A DNA stretch of 32,000 nucleotides from NCBI GenBank assembly GCA_963675915.1, contig OY780959.1, positions 2,160,001 through 2,192,000 on the forward strand, in the 5' to 3' direction. The notes under the pieces are model-generated. The model made no database searches and was not told the DNA's origin. It saw nothing but the letters and a program-made list of their open reading frames with translations. The position numbers and the translations under genes were made by a program. The stretch comes from Coprobacillaceae bacterium. GTDB taxonomy: Bacteria > Bacillota_I > Bacilli_A > Erysipelotrichales > Coprobacillaceae. Shown one piece after another: positions 1-9,236 of the stretch. How positions within the stretch are numbered: position 1 is the first letter of the stretch; each line of letters begins with the position of its first letter.

Positions 1-225
1 GTATCGTTTATTTATCGTGAAGATTATTACCGTAAAGTTTCCGATGATTCAGAAGAACAGGAGAACAATATCGCGGAGCTGATTCTGGCCAAACACCGTA
101 ACGGGGCCATTGGAGATGTGAAATTCCAATTCCAAAAAGAATATTCGCGGTTCAACAACTTGGCGCAAGTTGATGAAAGGGGCAACCCGGTTGACTTTAA
201 CGCAATGAAAGATGTGAGAGGTTAA
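1..225 (+). CDS. dnaB: replicative DNA helicase (DnaB family), C-terminal fragment; 5' end lies outside the window
   Basis: Frame 1 is open from base 1 to TAA at 223-225. The translation VSFIYREDYY...IAELILAKHRNGAIGDVKFQFQKEYSRFNNL resembles the conserved C-terminus of DnaB-type helicases (AKxRNGxxG). Confidence 0.85.
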   Translation, partial: VSFIYREDYYRKVSDDSEEQENNIAELILAKHRNGAIGDVKFQFQKEYSRFNNLAQVDERGNPVDFNAMKDVRG

Positions 226-230
226 TCAAT

Positions 231-842
231 ATGTATCACCAATACAAAGAAGGCTGGATTGAGGTTATTTGTGGCTGTATGTTCGCCGGAAAAACCGAAG
301 AATTGGTTCGTAGAATCAATGTCCTCAATTATGCCAAAAAAAATATCAAGATTTTCAAACCCAAAATAGACAATCGTTATTCGGAAACCGAGATCGTCAC
401 TCACCTTGGAATCAGGATTCCCTGCATCATTGTTGAAAACAGTGAGGAGATTCTGGAACATATCGACAGCAAGGTGGATGCGGTGGTTATCGATGAAATC
501 CAGTTCATGGATGAAAAAATCATTGATATCTGCGAATACCTGGCCGATAAGGGGATTCGAGTGACGGTCGCTGGACTGGATCAGGATTTCAGGGGAGAAT
601 GTTTCCCGGTAATGGGTGAACTTCTCTCTAAAGCCGAATTCATTTCTAAACTGACAGCTGTTTGTGCCGTTTGCGGTGCACCAGCCACAAAAACCCAACG
701 TTTGGTGGATGGACGTCCGGCCCGTTTCAATGATGCGACGATTTTATTGGGTTCGGCCAACGAATATGAGCCCAGATGCCGTCATTGTCATGAAGTGGTT
801 GAAAAGCCGAAAAAAAAGATCTTCAAAAAAGCGAAAATCTAA
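231..842 (+). CDS. tdk: thymidine kinase
   Basis: 203-aa ORF with a P-loop (GCMFAGKTEEL), VVIDEIQF, and a C-terminal zinc-ribbon CAVCG...CRHCH typical of type II thymidine kinases. Confidence 0.93.
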   Translation: MYHQYKEGWIEVICGCMFAGKTEELVRRINVLNYAKKNIKIFKPKIDNRYSETEIVTHLGIRIPCIIVENSEEILEHIDSKVDAVVIDEIQFMDEKIIDICEYLADKGIRVTVAGLDQDFRGECFPVMGELLSKAEFISKLTAVCAVCGAPATKTQRLVDGRPARFNDATILLGSANEYEPRCRHCHEVVEKPKKKIFKKAKI

Positions 843-856
843 AATATACTGAAATC

Positions 857-895
857 AAGATGTGTGTATTGTGAGCGATTACACATCTTTTTTTG
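857..895 (+). terminator. intrinsic terminator after tdk
   Basis: 9-bp stem AAGATGTGT (857-865) / ACACATCTT (881-889) followed by a T-run. Confidence 0.75.
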
Positions 896-927
896 TTTCT
901 AAACGGCAAAATATCAAAATAAATATC

Positions 928-1106
928 TTGATAATTTAAAAAAAACGTTGTAATGTTCATAAAAAGTTAACAAATATTTTTTAAGATAACACTGTAGAAA
1001 CGATAATATAATTTTACTCCCTTAAAATTATATACTACAAGGTTAAGACATCCGCCAAGTTATCTTAACTTTAGAACCGTGCCCTCGACAAGCACGGTTT
1101 TTTGTT
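928..1106 (+). ncRNA. candidate stand-alone small transcription unit (possible sRNA): weak promoter, two hairpins, the second an intrinsic terminator
   Basis: TTGATA (928-933), 17-nt spacer, TAATGT (951-956); an alternative -10 TATAAT lies at 1007-1012. Hairpin GTTAAGA/TCTTAAC at 1042-1069. Terminator ACCGTGC/GCACGGT plus T6 at about 1075-1106. No ATG-initiated ORF lies inside, and the LUD gene has its own promoter downstream. Confidence 0.25.
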
Positions 1107-1132
1107 GTTTTAATCGAAATTTCCGGTATAAT
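1105..1132 (+). promoter_or_regulatory. putative sigma-A-type promoter of the LUD-domain gene
   Basis: TTGTTT (1105-1110), 16-nt spacer, TATAAT (1127-1132), located 23 nt upstream of the RBS/ATG. Confidence 0.45.
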
Positions 1133-1154
1133 TAACAAAAAAGGGGGAAAAACA

Positions 1155-1775
1155 ATGATTAATTATGAAAATCAAGCAAATACCGTAATCAAGATGTTGG
1201 AAAAACGCAACATGGCCGGTTATTTTGTTCAAACAAAAGAAGAAGCCCGGGAAAAAGTCTTTGAACTGATCGGGAAAACCGATTCGATTGGTATGGGGGG
1301 AACGGAAACCATGAAGGAAATCGGTGTTTTGGAACAGTTGCAAAAAGGAGAATACAATTTCCTTGACCGCTCCAAAGCAAACAGCCGCGAAGAGGCCGAT
1401 GATATTATGCGTCAATGTCTTTTGACGGATACGTTCCTGATGTCGACCAACGCCATCACTATGGATGGTAAACTGATTAATATCGATGGCAATGCCAACC
1501 GGGTTGCAGCTTTATGCTTCGGGCCCAAACAGGTTATCATCGTAGCCGGAATGAACAAAGTCGCAGCAGATGAGGAAACGGCCTATAAAAGGGTTAAAAC
1601 TTCAGCGTGTCCACCAAATGCCCAAAGACTTAATTTGAGCACTCCATGTGCCCTTACCGGTAAATGCGCAAACTGTCTTAACGGGACAATTTGCTGCCAG
1701 GAAGTTGTCACCAGATATTCTCGTGACAAAGGCCGCATCAAAGTGATCCTGGTTGGGGAAGCAGTAGGATATTAA
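1155..1775 (+). CDS. LUD-domain (lactate-utilization LutB/C-like, DUF162/YkgG family) protein
   Basis: 206-aa ORF with RBS AAGGGGGA upstream. Sequence GMGGTETMKEIG...LMSTNAITMDGKLINIDGNANRVAA plus a Cys-rich C-terminus is typical of LUD-domain proteins. Confidence 0.75.
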   Translation: MINYENQANTVIKMLEKRNMAGYFVQTKEEAREKVFELIGKTDSIGMGGTETMKEIGVLEQLQKGEYNFLDRSKANSREEADDIMRQCLLTDTFLMSTNAITMDGKLINIDGNANRVAALCFGPKQVIIVAGMNKVAADEETAYKRVKTSACPPNAQRLNLSTPCALTGKCANCLNGTICCQEVVTRYSRDKGRIKVILVGEAVGY

Positions 1776-1794
1776 TTTCTAAAATTTGGATAAC

Positions 1795-1829
1795 AAAAAG
1801 GGTTAAGCTTTCGCCTAACCCTTTTTTTA
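1795..1829. terminator. bidirectional intrinsic terminator
   Basis: A-run, stem GGGTTA..GC/GC..TAACCC with a 4-nt loop, then T7. It is usable from either strand. Confidence 0.75.
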
Positions 1830-2493
1830 GTCGGATGTAGAATTAATTTATATAGACTCTCGTTTTAGTTTAAGTTACTTTTTTAAATCGCCACGAATAA
1901 ACTGAATCGTTTAAATATTATTGTTTTGATTTATCATTTCATTTAATCTAGTTACTAATTTTAATTGATAGATAAGACTTCACTTTTACATCGCGCATGT
2001 TCTTATCATCTCTTTTAGAATTAGCCTTTCGGATCAACCTAGATCAATTAGTGTATGTCAATATGCTACAACAATTTAAATATCCAGTCTTTAGGATACT
2101 TATTAAATTATACCTTGTACCTAATCTTTTATATGATTACAACTATCGTACTCTCAATAAATGGATTACATATTTTCAAACTCAGTTTCATCAGTAATCT
2201 TCATTGATTTCTGCTAATTTAAAATTTATCGATTCGTTGATTAGATGGTGTGTATGCTTTTACTTGTTATTTATTTCTAAATACTCTTGTAAAATTGATT
2301 AATAATCACTACTCCTATTTAATCAGGTGATTATGGTTGAATTGATAAATAGTACTTGGTCAAAGTAACGTACTTCAATAAACTCTAGGTGACCCTATCA
2401 ACTTTCGTTGAATATTGATGATAATTGATTTCTCTTTTATCGTCAATTTCGAGGAATCTTATTTGTTAAATCTACCACCCTCCTTGTACTATT

Positions 2494-2522
2494 ATAATAG
2501 CACCAGACCCTTGTTTTTGCAA
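2494..2522 (-). promoter_or_regulatory. near-consensus sigma-A promoter reading leftward into the AT-rich gap
   Basis: On the minus strand: TTGCAA (2522-2517), 17-nt spacer, TATTAT (2499-2494). The predicted transcript starts near 2487 with ..ACAAGGAGGGTGG... Confidence 0.4.
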
Positions 2523-2920
2523 GCGTTTTCAGATGAAAAAATGACGATTTTTCCATTATTTTCACGTTGTTTTTCACTCTTTTAAAAACGTCGATTATGC
2601 CTTGATAGTCTAAAAAATCACACCTGTTTTAATAGGAAAAACTTAGTTGTATAAGTGGTACTAAATTGGCAGGATTACACCAAAAAAACGAAAATATATT
2701 TTTGGTGGATGAAAATGAATTTTAATGAAAGTGAACAAAAATGGAGAATATCCTAGTTTTTTGTGGTTTTTTTTATTTTTGAGTTTCCTTCCTGGTGAAA
2801 ATGGAGAAAAGAATGGTTGGAACAAGTCAAATTTTTGCCGATTATATGGAATATTCTACCGCTATTACTACCATTCATGATAGAATTATAGTACAATGTG
2901 TAAGGCTCGGAGGTATAAAA

Positions 2921-3997
2921 ATGGATAATATGATTGAAAGATTAGAATCAATAGAAAAAAGATATGAGGAATTGACCCAGATGTTGATGGATCCTGACAT
3001 TGGTAGTGATATCAAGAAGATGACCGAGGTCACTAAGGAACAATCACAACTTCAAGGAGCATTTGATTTATATCAGGAATATAAAGAAGTTACAAGCGGG
3101 ATCGAAGAAGCAAAAGAGCTGATGAGCGAAAATGATCCTGAAATAAAAGAAATGGCCAAAATGGAATTGGATGAACTTAACGAAAGATTGCCGGAAATTG
3201 TAAGCAAGCTGGAAATTGAGTTGATTCCCAAGGATCCAAATGACAATAAGAATGTCATTATGGAAATAAGAGGAGCCGCTGGTGGGGATGAAGGTAATAT
3301 CTTTGCCGGAGACCTTTTTAGAATGTACAGCAAATATGCTGAGACTCAAGGATGGAGAGTTGATGTCATCGAGGCGGCAGATGCTCCTGCGGGGGGATTC
3401 TCAACCATCTCATTCAATGTCATCGGGGACGATGTCTATGCCAAACTGAAGTTTGAATCGGGATCACACCGGGTTCAACGGGTTCCTAAAACTGAAACAC
3501 AGGGACGGGTTCATACGTCTACTGCAACAGTGCTGGTAATGCCGGAAGTAGAAGAAGTCGATGTTGATATCAACAAGAATGATTTAAGAATCGATACCTA
3601 TCGGGCTTCAGGTGCCGGGGGACAACATATCAACAAAACTGACTCGGCCGTTCGGATCACCCACATTCCAACCGGAATCGTTTCGGCATCTCAAGATGGA
3701 CGTTCGCAACATGACAATAAAGACAAGGCAATGAAAGCTCTGGCGGCTAAAATATATGACCACTTTCAACAGATACAAAACGCTGCTGTTGACAGTGAAC
3801 GTAAGAGCAAAGTCGGAAGCGGTGACCGCTCTGAGAAAATCAGAACTTACAACTATCCGCAAAATCGGGTTACCGACCATCGGATCGGATTGACAATTCA
3901 ACAGCTTGACAGAATCATTGAAGGAAAGTTGGATGATATAATTACAGCTCTGGTCAATGAGGACCAAAGACTGAAACTGGAAGAAGGCGCAAAATAA
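2921..3997 (+). CDS. prfA: peptide chain release factor 1
   Basis: RBS GGAGG 7-8 nt before ATG 2921. MDNMIERLESIEKRYEEL..., a PxT-type tripeptide region and GGQHINKTDSAVRITHIPTG (GGQ motif). The ORF-track start at 2795 is an upstream in-frame extension without an RBS. Confidence 0.95.
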   Translation: MDNMIERLESIEKRYEELTQMLMDPDIGSDIKKMTEVTKEQSQLQGAFDLYQEYKEVTSGIEEAKELMSENDPEIKEMAKMELDELNERLPEIVSKLEIELIPKDPNDNKNVIMEIRGAAGGDEGNIFAGDLFRMYSKYAETQGWRVDVIEAADAPAGGFSTISFNVIGDDVYAKLKFESGSHRVQRVPKTETQGRVHTSTATVLVMPEVEEVDVDINKNDLRIDTYRASGAGGQHINKTDSAVRITHIPTGIVSASQDGRSQHDNKDKAMKALAAKIYDHFQQIQNAAVDSERKSKVGSGDRSEKIRTYNYPQNRVTDHRIGLTIQQLDRIIEGKLDDIITALVNEDQRLKLEEGAK

Positions 3998-3998
3998 T

Positions 3999-4856
3999 AT
4001 GACAATCCGCGAACTTATTCACCAAAGCGAAGCGCGTTTGGAAGAATTGGAAAAAGATGTAAATGTACCCAAGGTGCTGTTCTACCATCTTTCCAATATG
4101 CAGCCACAGGAGTTGTATCTTAGACTTGAAGATGAAGTATCAAAAGAACTCGAACAAGAGTTTCTTGAACAGCTTGAGGAATATATTTCCGGAAAGCCAA
4201 TCCAGTATATCAAGGGATATGAGACGTTTTTCGGCCGTGATTTCATCGTCGACAGCAATGTCCTGATTCCCCGCTATGAAACTGAAGAATTGGTTGAACA
4301 GATTTTATATCGGATTGATGACTATTTTGAAAATTACGATTCAATTGATCTTTGTGATGTGGGAACTGGTTCCGGGGCAATTGCGATAAGTCTCGCTATG
4401 GAAGAGCCGCGACTGAAAGTTGTGGCCACAGATATTTCGAAAAAAGCTGTCGAAGTAGCTCGCAACAATGCAACTAATCTTGGGGCAAAGGTCGACTTCA
4501 AGGTTGGAGATCTTTTGGAACCTTTACTGGAAAGCGGACAGAAGTTTGATATTTTTGTTTCCAATCCTCCTTACATTCCCGATAAACAGGAAATTGAAGC
4601 CTTGGTCAAGGACAATGAGCCGAATATCGCCTTGTTTGGCGGAGACGACGGTCTGTATTTCTATCGGAAAATATTTGCCGAAGTCCGTCCTCTTTTGAAA
4701 GAAAGAGCAATCCTGGCGTTCGAAATGGGTTTTGATCAACGCGAGATAATGGAAGAAGCGGTCAAAACATACTTCGATGATGAATTTGAGATTATCAAGG
4801 ACATCAACGGGAAAGACCGGATGCTGTTCATTTATTACAATATCAAGAAATTATGA
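3999..4856 (+). CDS. prmC: release factor glutamine N5-methyltransferase (HemK/PrmC)
   Basis: Starts 1 nt after the prfA stop. SAM-binding DVGTGSGAI and catalytic NPPY (VSNPPYIP). Confidence 0.92.
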   Translation: MTIRELIHQSEARLEELEKDVNVPKVLFYHLSNMQPQELYLRLEDEVSKELEQEFLEQLEEYISGKPIQYIKGYETFFGRDFIVDSNVLIPRYETEELVEQILYRIDDYFENYDSIDLCDVGTGSGAIAISLAMEEPRLKVVATDISKKAVEVARNNATNLGAKVDFKVGDLLEPLLESGQKFDIFVSNPPYIPDKQEIEALVKDNEPNIALFGGDDGLYFYRKIFAEVRPLLKERAILAFEMGFDQREIMEEAVKTYFDDEFEIIKDINGKDRMLFIYYNIKKL

Positions 4857-5353
4857 AGTTAGAAACTGAGCGATTGGTAATCCATGATCTGAGAATCGAG
4901 GATGCGGCGCCGATGGCGGCCTATCGATCAAAGGATGAAGTTGCCAAGTATCAATCTTACAAGAATTACACTGAGAAAAAGGCAATCAAAAGAATCAACG
5001 AATGCCTGGCCAAGCCGTTTGAATATGAACCTGGGAACTTTCAGCTGGGGATATATCTCAAAGGGACTGACCGACTGATTGGAGATATCTATATCAATAT
5101 CTCATATGACTATGAGATTTCGCTCGGGTATTCGCTCGATAGCGAGTATTGGCGAAATGGCTACATGAGGGAGGCTTTCGGAGAGTTTCTCGGTTATTTG
5201 AGGGAAGTGCACAATGTCAGACGCGTTTATTGCATGGTCAGATTTGCCAATGAACGATCAATCAACCTGCTGACAAAATTGGGTTTCGAGGAGTTTGAAC
5301 GATCTAATTTTCGCAAAGTGATTTGCTTTATAGGAAGGTTATCAAATGTTTGA
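4853..5353 (+). CDS. GNAT family N-acetyltransferase (RimJ/RimL-like)
   Basis: ATGA overlap with prmC. 166 aa, with MKLETERLVIHDL... and WRNGYMREAF..N.RSI.LLTKLGF, typical of RimJ-like GNATs. Confidence 0.8.
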   Translation: MKLETERLVIHDLRIEDAAPMAAYRSKDEVAKYQSYKNYTEKKAIKRINECLAKPFEYEPGNFQLGIYLKGTDRLIGDIYINISYDYEISLGYSLDSEYWRNGYMREAFGEFLGYLREVHNVRRVYCMVRFANERSINLLTKLGFEEFERSNFRKVICFIGRLSNV

Positions 5354-6578
5354 ACAATTGAGAAAAGACAAACAATATCTTATCGGTGTATCCGGTGGCT
5401 GCGATTCGATGGCGCTGCTGGATATGCTTCATAAAGCCGGTTATCAAGTAGTTGCCATTCATGTCAACTACTTTTTGCGCTTTGATTCATCTTTGGATGA
5501 AATGACGGTCAGGTCTTATTGTCTTAGCAATGAAATTCCCTTTAGAGTCCGACATGTCCACCAGGAGGATTATCAAAAAGGCAATTTCCAAACTATCGCC
5601 AGAAAGATCAGATACCGCTTCTATGCGAAAATTGGTGCGGAATTTGGTTGTGATACTGTGGTTCTGGGGCATCATCTTGATGACCAGTATGAAACCATCT
5701 ATATGCAAAAAATGCGGGGATTCACGGGATTCATGGGAATTTCCGGTCACAGCGAGGTTGAAGGCTTGTCAGTGATCAGGCCATTGCTCGAGACACCGAA
5801 GAGTTCGCTGCGGAGTTACTGTCACGATAATGGTGTTTACTACCGAGACGACTATACCAATTTTGAAGTTGAATTCACCCGCGACCGAATCAGAAATATC
5901 GTGATGCCGGATTTGAGTGCTTCCCAAAAAAAGGAACTGCTGCTTTATCGGGGATATCACAATCTCCAAAAAAGCAATCTCATCAAACAGGTAAAGCCGG
6001 CAGTCGAAAAGTATCGTAAACAGGGGTCTTTGGATATCGGCAGCTTCAGTGATGATAATTATCAGGAACTCCTCTATGCGATCCTGGCGTTGTATCTCGA
6101 CAAGGAACTGATAAATTACAATCTAATCGATGAGATCTACAAGCAGTTGGAAAGTCCCAAACCGAATCTCAAAATTTCATTGCCAGTTAATTATGAATTC
6201 ATAAAAGAGTATCATAATGTATATGTTACATCTGTAATTGATATGGATCAATATGAGGAAATTGTAACTGCAATTGAACCGTTGCAATCAAGTTATTTCA
6301 AACTGGAATTGGCGGGACCGCTGAACAATGGAGTATTTGTAAAGGCTGATGATTTGCCGCTTACCATCAGGTCGCCTAAAGCCGGTGATAAGATTGTAAC
6401 CAGTGGCGGAACCAAGAAAGTCAGCCGGATTTTTATTGATAATAAAATCCCTCTAAAACAACGAAAAATCTACCCGGTGGTACTAAATGCCCGAAACGAG
6501 CTGATTTTGGTGCCCGGATTAGCCAAAAATATCGGTTATATGACTACAAAAGCTAATATTTTTGTGCTATTATTGTAA
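5346..6578 (+). CDS. tilS: tRNA(Ile)-lysidine synthase
   Basis: 8-nt overlap with the GNAT gene. PP-loop motif VSGGCDSMALL and LGHHLDDQ.ET. 410 aa. Confidence 0.92.
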   Translation: MFEQLRKDKQYLIGVSGGCDSMALLDMLHKAGYQVVAIHVNYFLRFDSSLDEMTVRSYCLSNEIPFRVRHVHQEDYQKGNFQTIARKIRYRFYAKIGAEFGCDTVVLGHHLDDQYETIYMQKMRGFTGFMGISGHSEVEGLSVIRPLLETPKSSLRSYCHDNGVYYRDDYTNFEVEFTRDRIRNIVMPDLSASQKKELLLYRGYHNLQKSNLIKQVKPAVEKYRKQGSLDIGSFSDDNYQELLYAILALYLDKELINYNLIDEIYKQLESPKPNLKISLPVNYEFIKEYHNVYVTSVIDMDQYEEIVTAIEPLQSSYFKLELAGPLNNGVFVKADDLPLTIRSPKAGDKIVTSGGTKKVSRIFIDNKIPLKQRKIYPVVLNARNELILVPGLAKNIGYMTTKANIFVLLL

Positions 6579-6598
6579 GATATAAGAGGAGTGAAAAT

Positions 6599-7129
6599 AT
6601 GAATAAATCAATAAAAGAAATATTAATATCCGGTGAACAGATTACACAACGTTGTAAAGAGTTGGCCGAAATGATAAACGCGGACTACCAAGGTCAAAAG
6701 ATTGTTTTGCTGGGACTGTTGAAGGGATCGATTCCTTTTATGGCCGAACTATCAAAATACATCGAGGTTGACGCTTCGTTCGACTATATGAAAGTCAGTT
6801 CATATGACGGAGTTGAGTCGAAGACGCTGGTGGTGAAGCATGATATGGATGGTCCGGTTGCAGGAAAAAATATCATCATCGTTGAAGATATTATCGATAC
6901 AGGTAAAACCCTGGCAAATGTGGTACAGATGTTGTACGACCGTGAAGCCAAAAGTATAAAAATAGCAACTATGCTCGACAAGGCCGAAGCAAGACAATAT
7001 GACGTCCAAGCGGATTATGTCGGATTTGAAATTCCCAATGCTTTCGTAGTCGGATACGGATTGGATTTCAATGAAAGATTCCGTCAACTCCCATATGTGG
7101 GGGTTTTAAAAGAAAGTTGCTATAAATAA
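6599..7129 (+). CDS. hpt: hypoxanthine phosphoribosyltransferase
   Basis: 176 aa with the PRPP-binding motif IIIVEDIIDTGKTL. Conserved tilS-hpt-ftsH order. Confidence 0.93.
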   Translation: MNKSIKEILISGEQITQRCKELAEMINADYQGQKIVLLGLLKGSIPFMAELSKYIEVDASFDYMKVSSYDGVESKTLVVKHDMDGPVAGKNIIIVEDIIDTGKTLANVVQMLYDREAKSIKIATMLDKAEARQYDVQADYVGFEIPNAFVVGYGLDFNERFRQLPYVGVLKESCYK

Positions 7130-7139
7130 AGGAGAATAT

Positions 7140-9095
7140 ATGAAAAACGGTAATCGAAATACGTTATTACGCTCAATGCTGCCGGCTTTGGTAGTGTTGT
7201 TGATCGTGGCTATTGCTTTCCCGCTTTTATCAAATGATTCGTCGAATCAAATCACATACAGTGAATTCTTCGATGTGATCAGAGATGAAAATGTGACTGC
7301 AGTGTCAATCGAGCCCCAGACTCTGGTAATTGACGTATCAGGAAGTTATACAGAAACTGTGGATGGAGAAACAACAACTGTGACATTCTCCACTACTATT
7401 CCCAAAACGGAAGTAGAACTTAATTCATTGACAACACTGCTGGAAAGCAAAGATGTGGAAACCCAAGTGGTCGACACATCGGAGCAAGGTGTTTTCATGG
7501 ACGTGATTCTGGCGATTGTCCCATACGTTCTGATGTTTGGTGGGGTATTCCTGATTTTCAGAATGATGTCAAACCAAGGTGGAAACAGCAAAGCTTTCGA
7601 ATTCGGGAATTCCCGGGCAAAGCTTGAGAAAAATTCCGACACTCATTTCGAAGATGTTGCCGGAATGGATGAAGAAAAAGAAGAAGTTAAAGAGATTGTT
7701 GATTTCTTGAAAAATCCTAAGAAATTCGTTGACATGGGAGCTAAAATCCCTCGTGGTGTTCTTCTTGTGGGGCCTCCGGGTACCGGGAAAACCTTGCTGG
7801 CGCGTGCTGTTGCCGGTGAAGCGAATGTTCCATTCTATTCAATTTCAGGTTCTGAATTCGTTGAAATGTTTGTCGGTGTCGGTGCCGGAAGGGTCCGCGA
7901 CATGTTCAACAATGCCAAAAAATCAGCACCTTGTATCATATTCATCGATGAAATCGATGCAGTAGGACGCCAAAGAGGTACCGGTATGGGTGGCGGACAT
8001 GACGAACGTGAACAAACATTGAACCAGTTGCTGGTTGAGATGGATGGTTTCTCAGGTTCCGAAGGTGTAATCGTCCTGGCGGCGACAAACCGTGCCGATG
8101 TCCTTGATCCGGCGTTACTACGTCCTGGTCGTTTTGACAGACAGATTCAAGTTTCCAACCCAGACAAGGCGGCCCGCGCAAAAATCCTGGCTGTCCATGG
8201 TAGAAACAAGAAATTTGCTCCGGATGTCAATTTTGACAATGTGGCGCAAAGAACTCCTGGATTCTCAGGGGCCGAATTATCAAACGTGCTTAACGAAGCG
8301 GCTCTGCTGGCAGTTCGTTCGGGACATGATTTGATTACGATGGCTGATATCGATGAAGCAGTCGATCGTGTAATGGGTGGACCTGCTAAGAAATCACGCA
8401 AATACTCGGAAAAAGAACGCCGTCTGGTTGCTTATCATGAAGCCGGGCATGCGATTCTGGGTCTTACCCTTGAAGATGCAAACAAAGTACAGAAAGTTAC
8501 TATCGTTCCTCGTGGTCAGGCGGGTGGATACAACCTGATGACTCCAAAGGAAGAAACATACTTCCAGACCAAGTCTCAACTGGAAGCAAACATCGCCGGA
8601 TTCATGGGTGGTCGCGTTTCTGAAGAAATCTTTTTCGGTGATATCTCATCAGGTGCTCATAATGATATCGAGCAGGCAACTAGAATTGCCCGTCTGATGG
8701 TAACTGAACTAGGAATGTCTGACTTGGGACCAATCAAATATGCTTCTGGTGACAATGCTGTGTTCCTGGGACGTGATTACAACAACACGTCAAACACTCA
8801 TTCAGGTCAGATAGCTTACGAAATCGATGTTCAAGTACGTCGAATCATTGAAGAATGTTATGAAAAAGCAACCAATATTATCAATGAAAACAAAGATAAA
8901 TTGATTACTATTGCGGAAGCTTTACTTACATATGAAACACTTAACGGCGAACAAATCGATTCTCTTTTCAAAACTGGTGTTATGCCAGAAAGCCATACCG
9001 GAGCAATTGAACCGGTTAAAGAGGTAGAAGAAAATGAAGAGGAAAGCAAACCATCTTTTAAAAATCAAGATGACTTGCTGGATGATATGAAATAA
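7140..9095 (+). CDS. ftsH: ATP-dependent zinc metalloprotease FtsH
   Basis: 651 aa. Walker [12 protein letters not shown], Walker [13 protein letters not shown] region, HEAGHA zinc site and two N-terminal TM segments. Confidence 0.97.
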   Translation: MKNGNRNTLLRSMLPALVVLLIVAIAFPLLSNDSSNQITYSEFFDVIRDENVTAVSIEPQTLVIDVSGSYTETVDGETTTVTFSTTIPKTEVELNSLTTLLESKDVETQVVDTSEQGVFMDVILAIVPYVLMFGGVFLIFRMMSNQGGNSKAFEFGNSRAKLEKNSDTHFEDVAGMDEEKEEVKEIVDFLKNPKKFVDMGAKIPRGVLLVGPPGTGKTLLARAVAGEANVPFYSISGSEFVEMFVGVGAGRVRDMFNNAKKSAPCIIFIDEIDAVGRQRGTGMGGGHDEREQTLNQLLVEMDGFSGSEGVIVLAATNRADVLDPALLRPGRFDRQIQVSNPDKAARAKILAVHGRNKKFAPDVNFDNVAQRTPGFSGAELSNVLNEAALLAVRSGHDLITMADIDEAVDRVMGGPAKKSRKYSEKERRLVAYHEAGHAILGLTLEDANKVQKVTIVPRGQAGGYNLMTPKEETYFQTKSQLEANIAGFMGGRVSEEIFFGDISSGAHNDIEQATRIARLMVTELGMSDLGPIKYASGDNAVFLGRDYNNTSNTHSGQIAYEIDVQVRRIIEECYEKATNIINENKDKLITIAEALLTYETLNGEQIDSLFKTGVMPESHTGAIEPVKEVEENEEESKPSFKNQDDLLDDMK

Positions 9096-9116
9096 GGCGT
9101 CTCGACGCTTTTTTTC
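9096..9116 (+). terminator. weak intrinsic terminator or attenuator after ftsH
   Basis: Short GC stem GCGT/ACGC with a 4-nt loop, followed by T7. Confidence 0.35.
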
Positions 9117-9136
9117 ATGGAAAGGAAAACAAGAAT

Positions 9137-9235
9137 ATGAGTAAGAAAAAAAGAACTGTAGTTATCTGGGTTATCCTGATAACCATGGTGTTGTCAACAT
9201 TACTCCCAACTATCGGAATATTCTTTGGAAATTAG
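9137..9235 (+). CDS. 32-aa single-pass membrane micro-protein (hypothetical)
   Basis: Translates as MSKKKRTVVIWVILITMVLSTLLPTIGIFFGN. It has a positively charged N-terminus and one hydrophobic helix. Its TAG stop (9233-9235) lies 1 nt before the hslO ATG. The RBS is weak (AAAGGA, 11 nt upstream). Confidence 0.4.
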   Translation: MSKKKRTVVIWVILITMVLSTLLPTIGIFFGN

Positions 9236-9236
9236 G

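Noticed and set aside
222-698. 158-codon minus-strand ORF antisense to tdk, and the many other antisense or overlapping track ORFs inside prfA, prmC, tilS, hpt, ftsH, hslO, dusB, DUF389, the transposase, lysS, the ATPase, thiM/E, thiD and eno
   Set aside because: All lie within strongly supported genes on the other strand or in another frame. They have no RBS or motifs and show low-complexity translations typical of shadow ORFs.
1997-2197. 66-codon plus-strand ORF inside the AT-rich gap
   Set aside because: It has no Shine-Dalgarno sequence upstream. Its composition (Leu/Tyr/Asn/Phe-rich) is what random AT-rich DNA gives, and I recognise no motif. I treat the region as non-coding and discuss it as a finding.
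2680-2750. 9-bp hairpin CACCAAAAA/TTTTTGGTG followed by a 15-codon ORF (MKMNFNESEQKWRIS) upstream of prfA, considered as a leader-peptide attenuator
   Set aside because: The putative RBS (GGTGG) directly abuts the ATG, and there is no terminator/antiterminator alternative pairing and no codon bias of regulatory type. The evidence is insufficient.
2795-2920. N-terminal 42-codon extension of prfA in the ORF track; similar extensions exist for eno (28427), thiM/thiE (24950), the ArsR gene (22323), hslO (9225), DUF389 (13345) and the Cof phosphatase (29953)
   Set aside because: In each case an internal ATG is preceded by a strong GGAGG-type RBS at 6-9 nt and coincides with the conserved family N-terminus. 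The upstream extensions lack an RBS or overlap promoters or operators.
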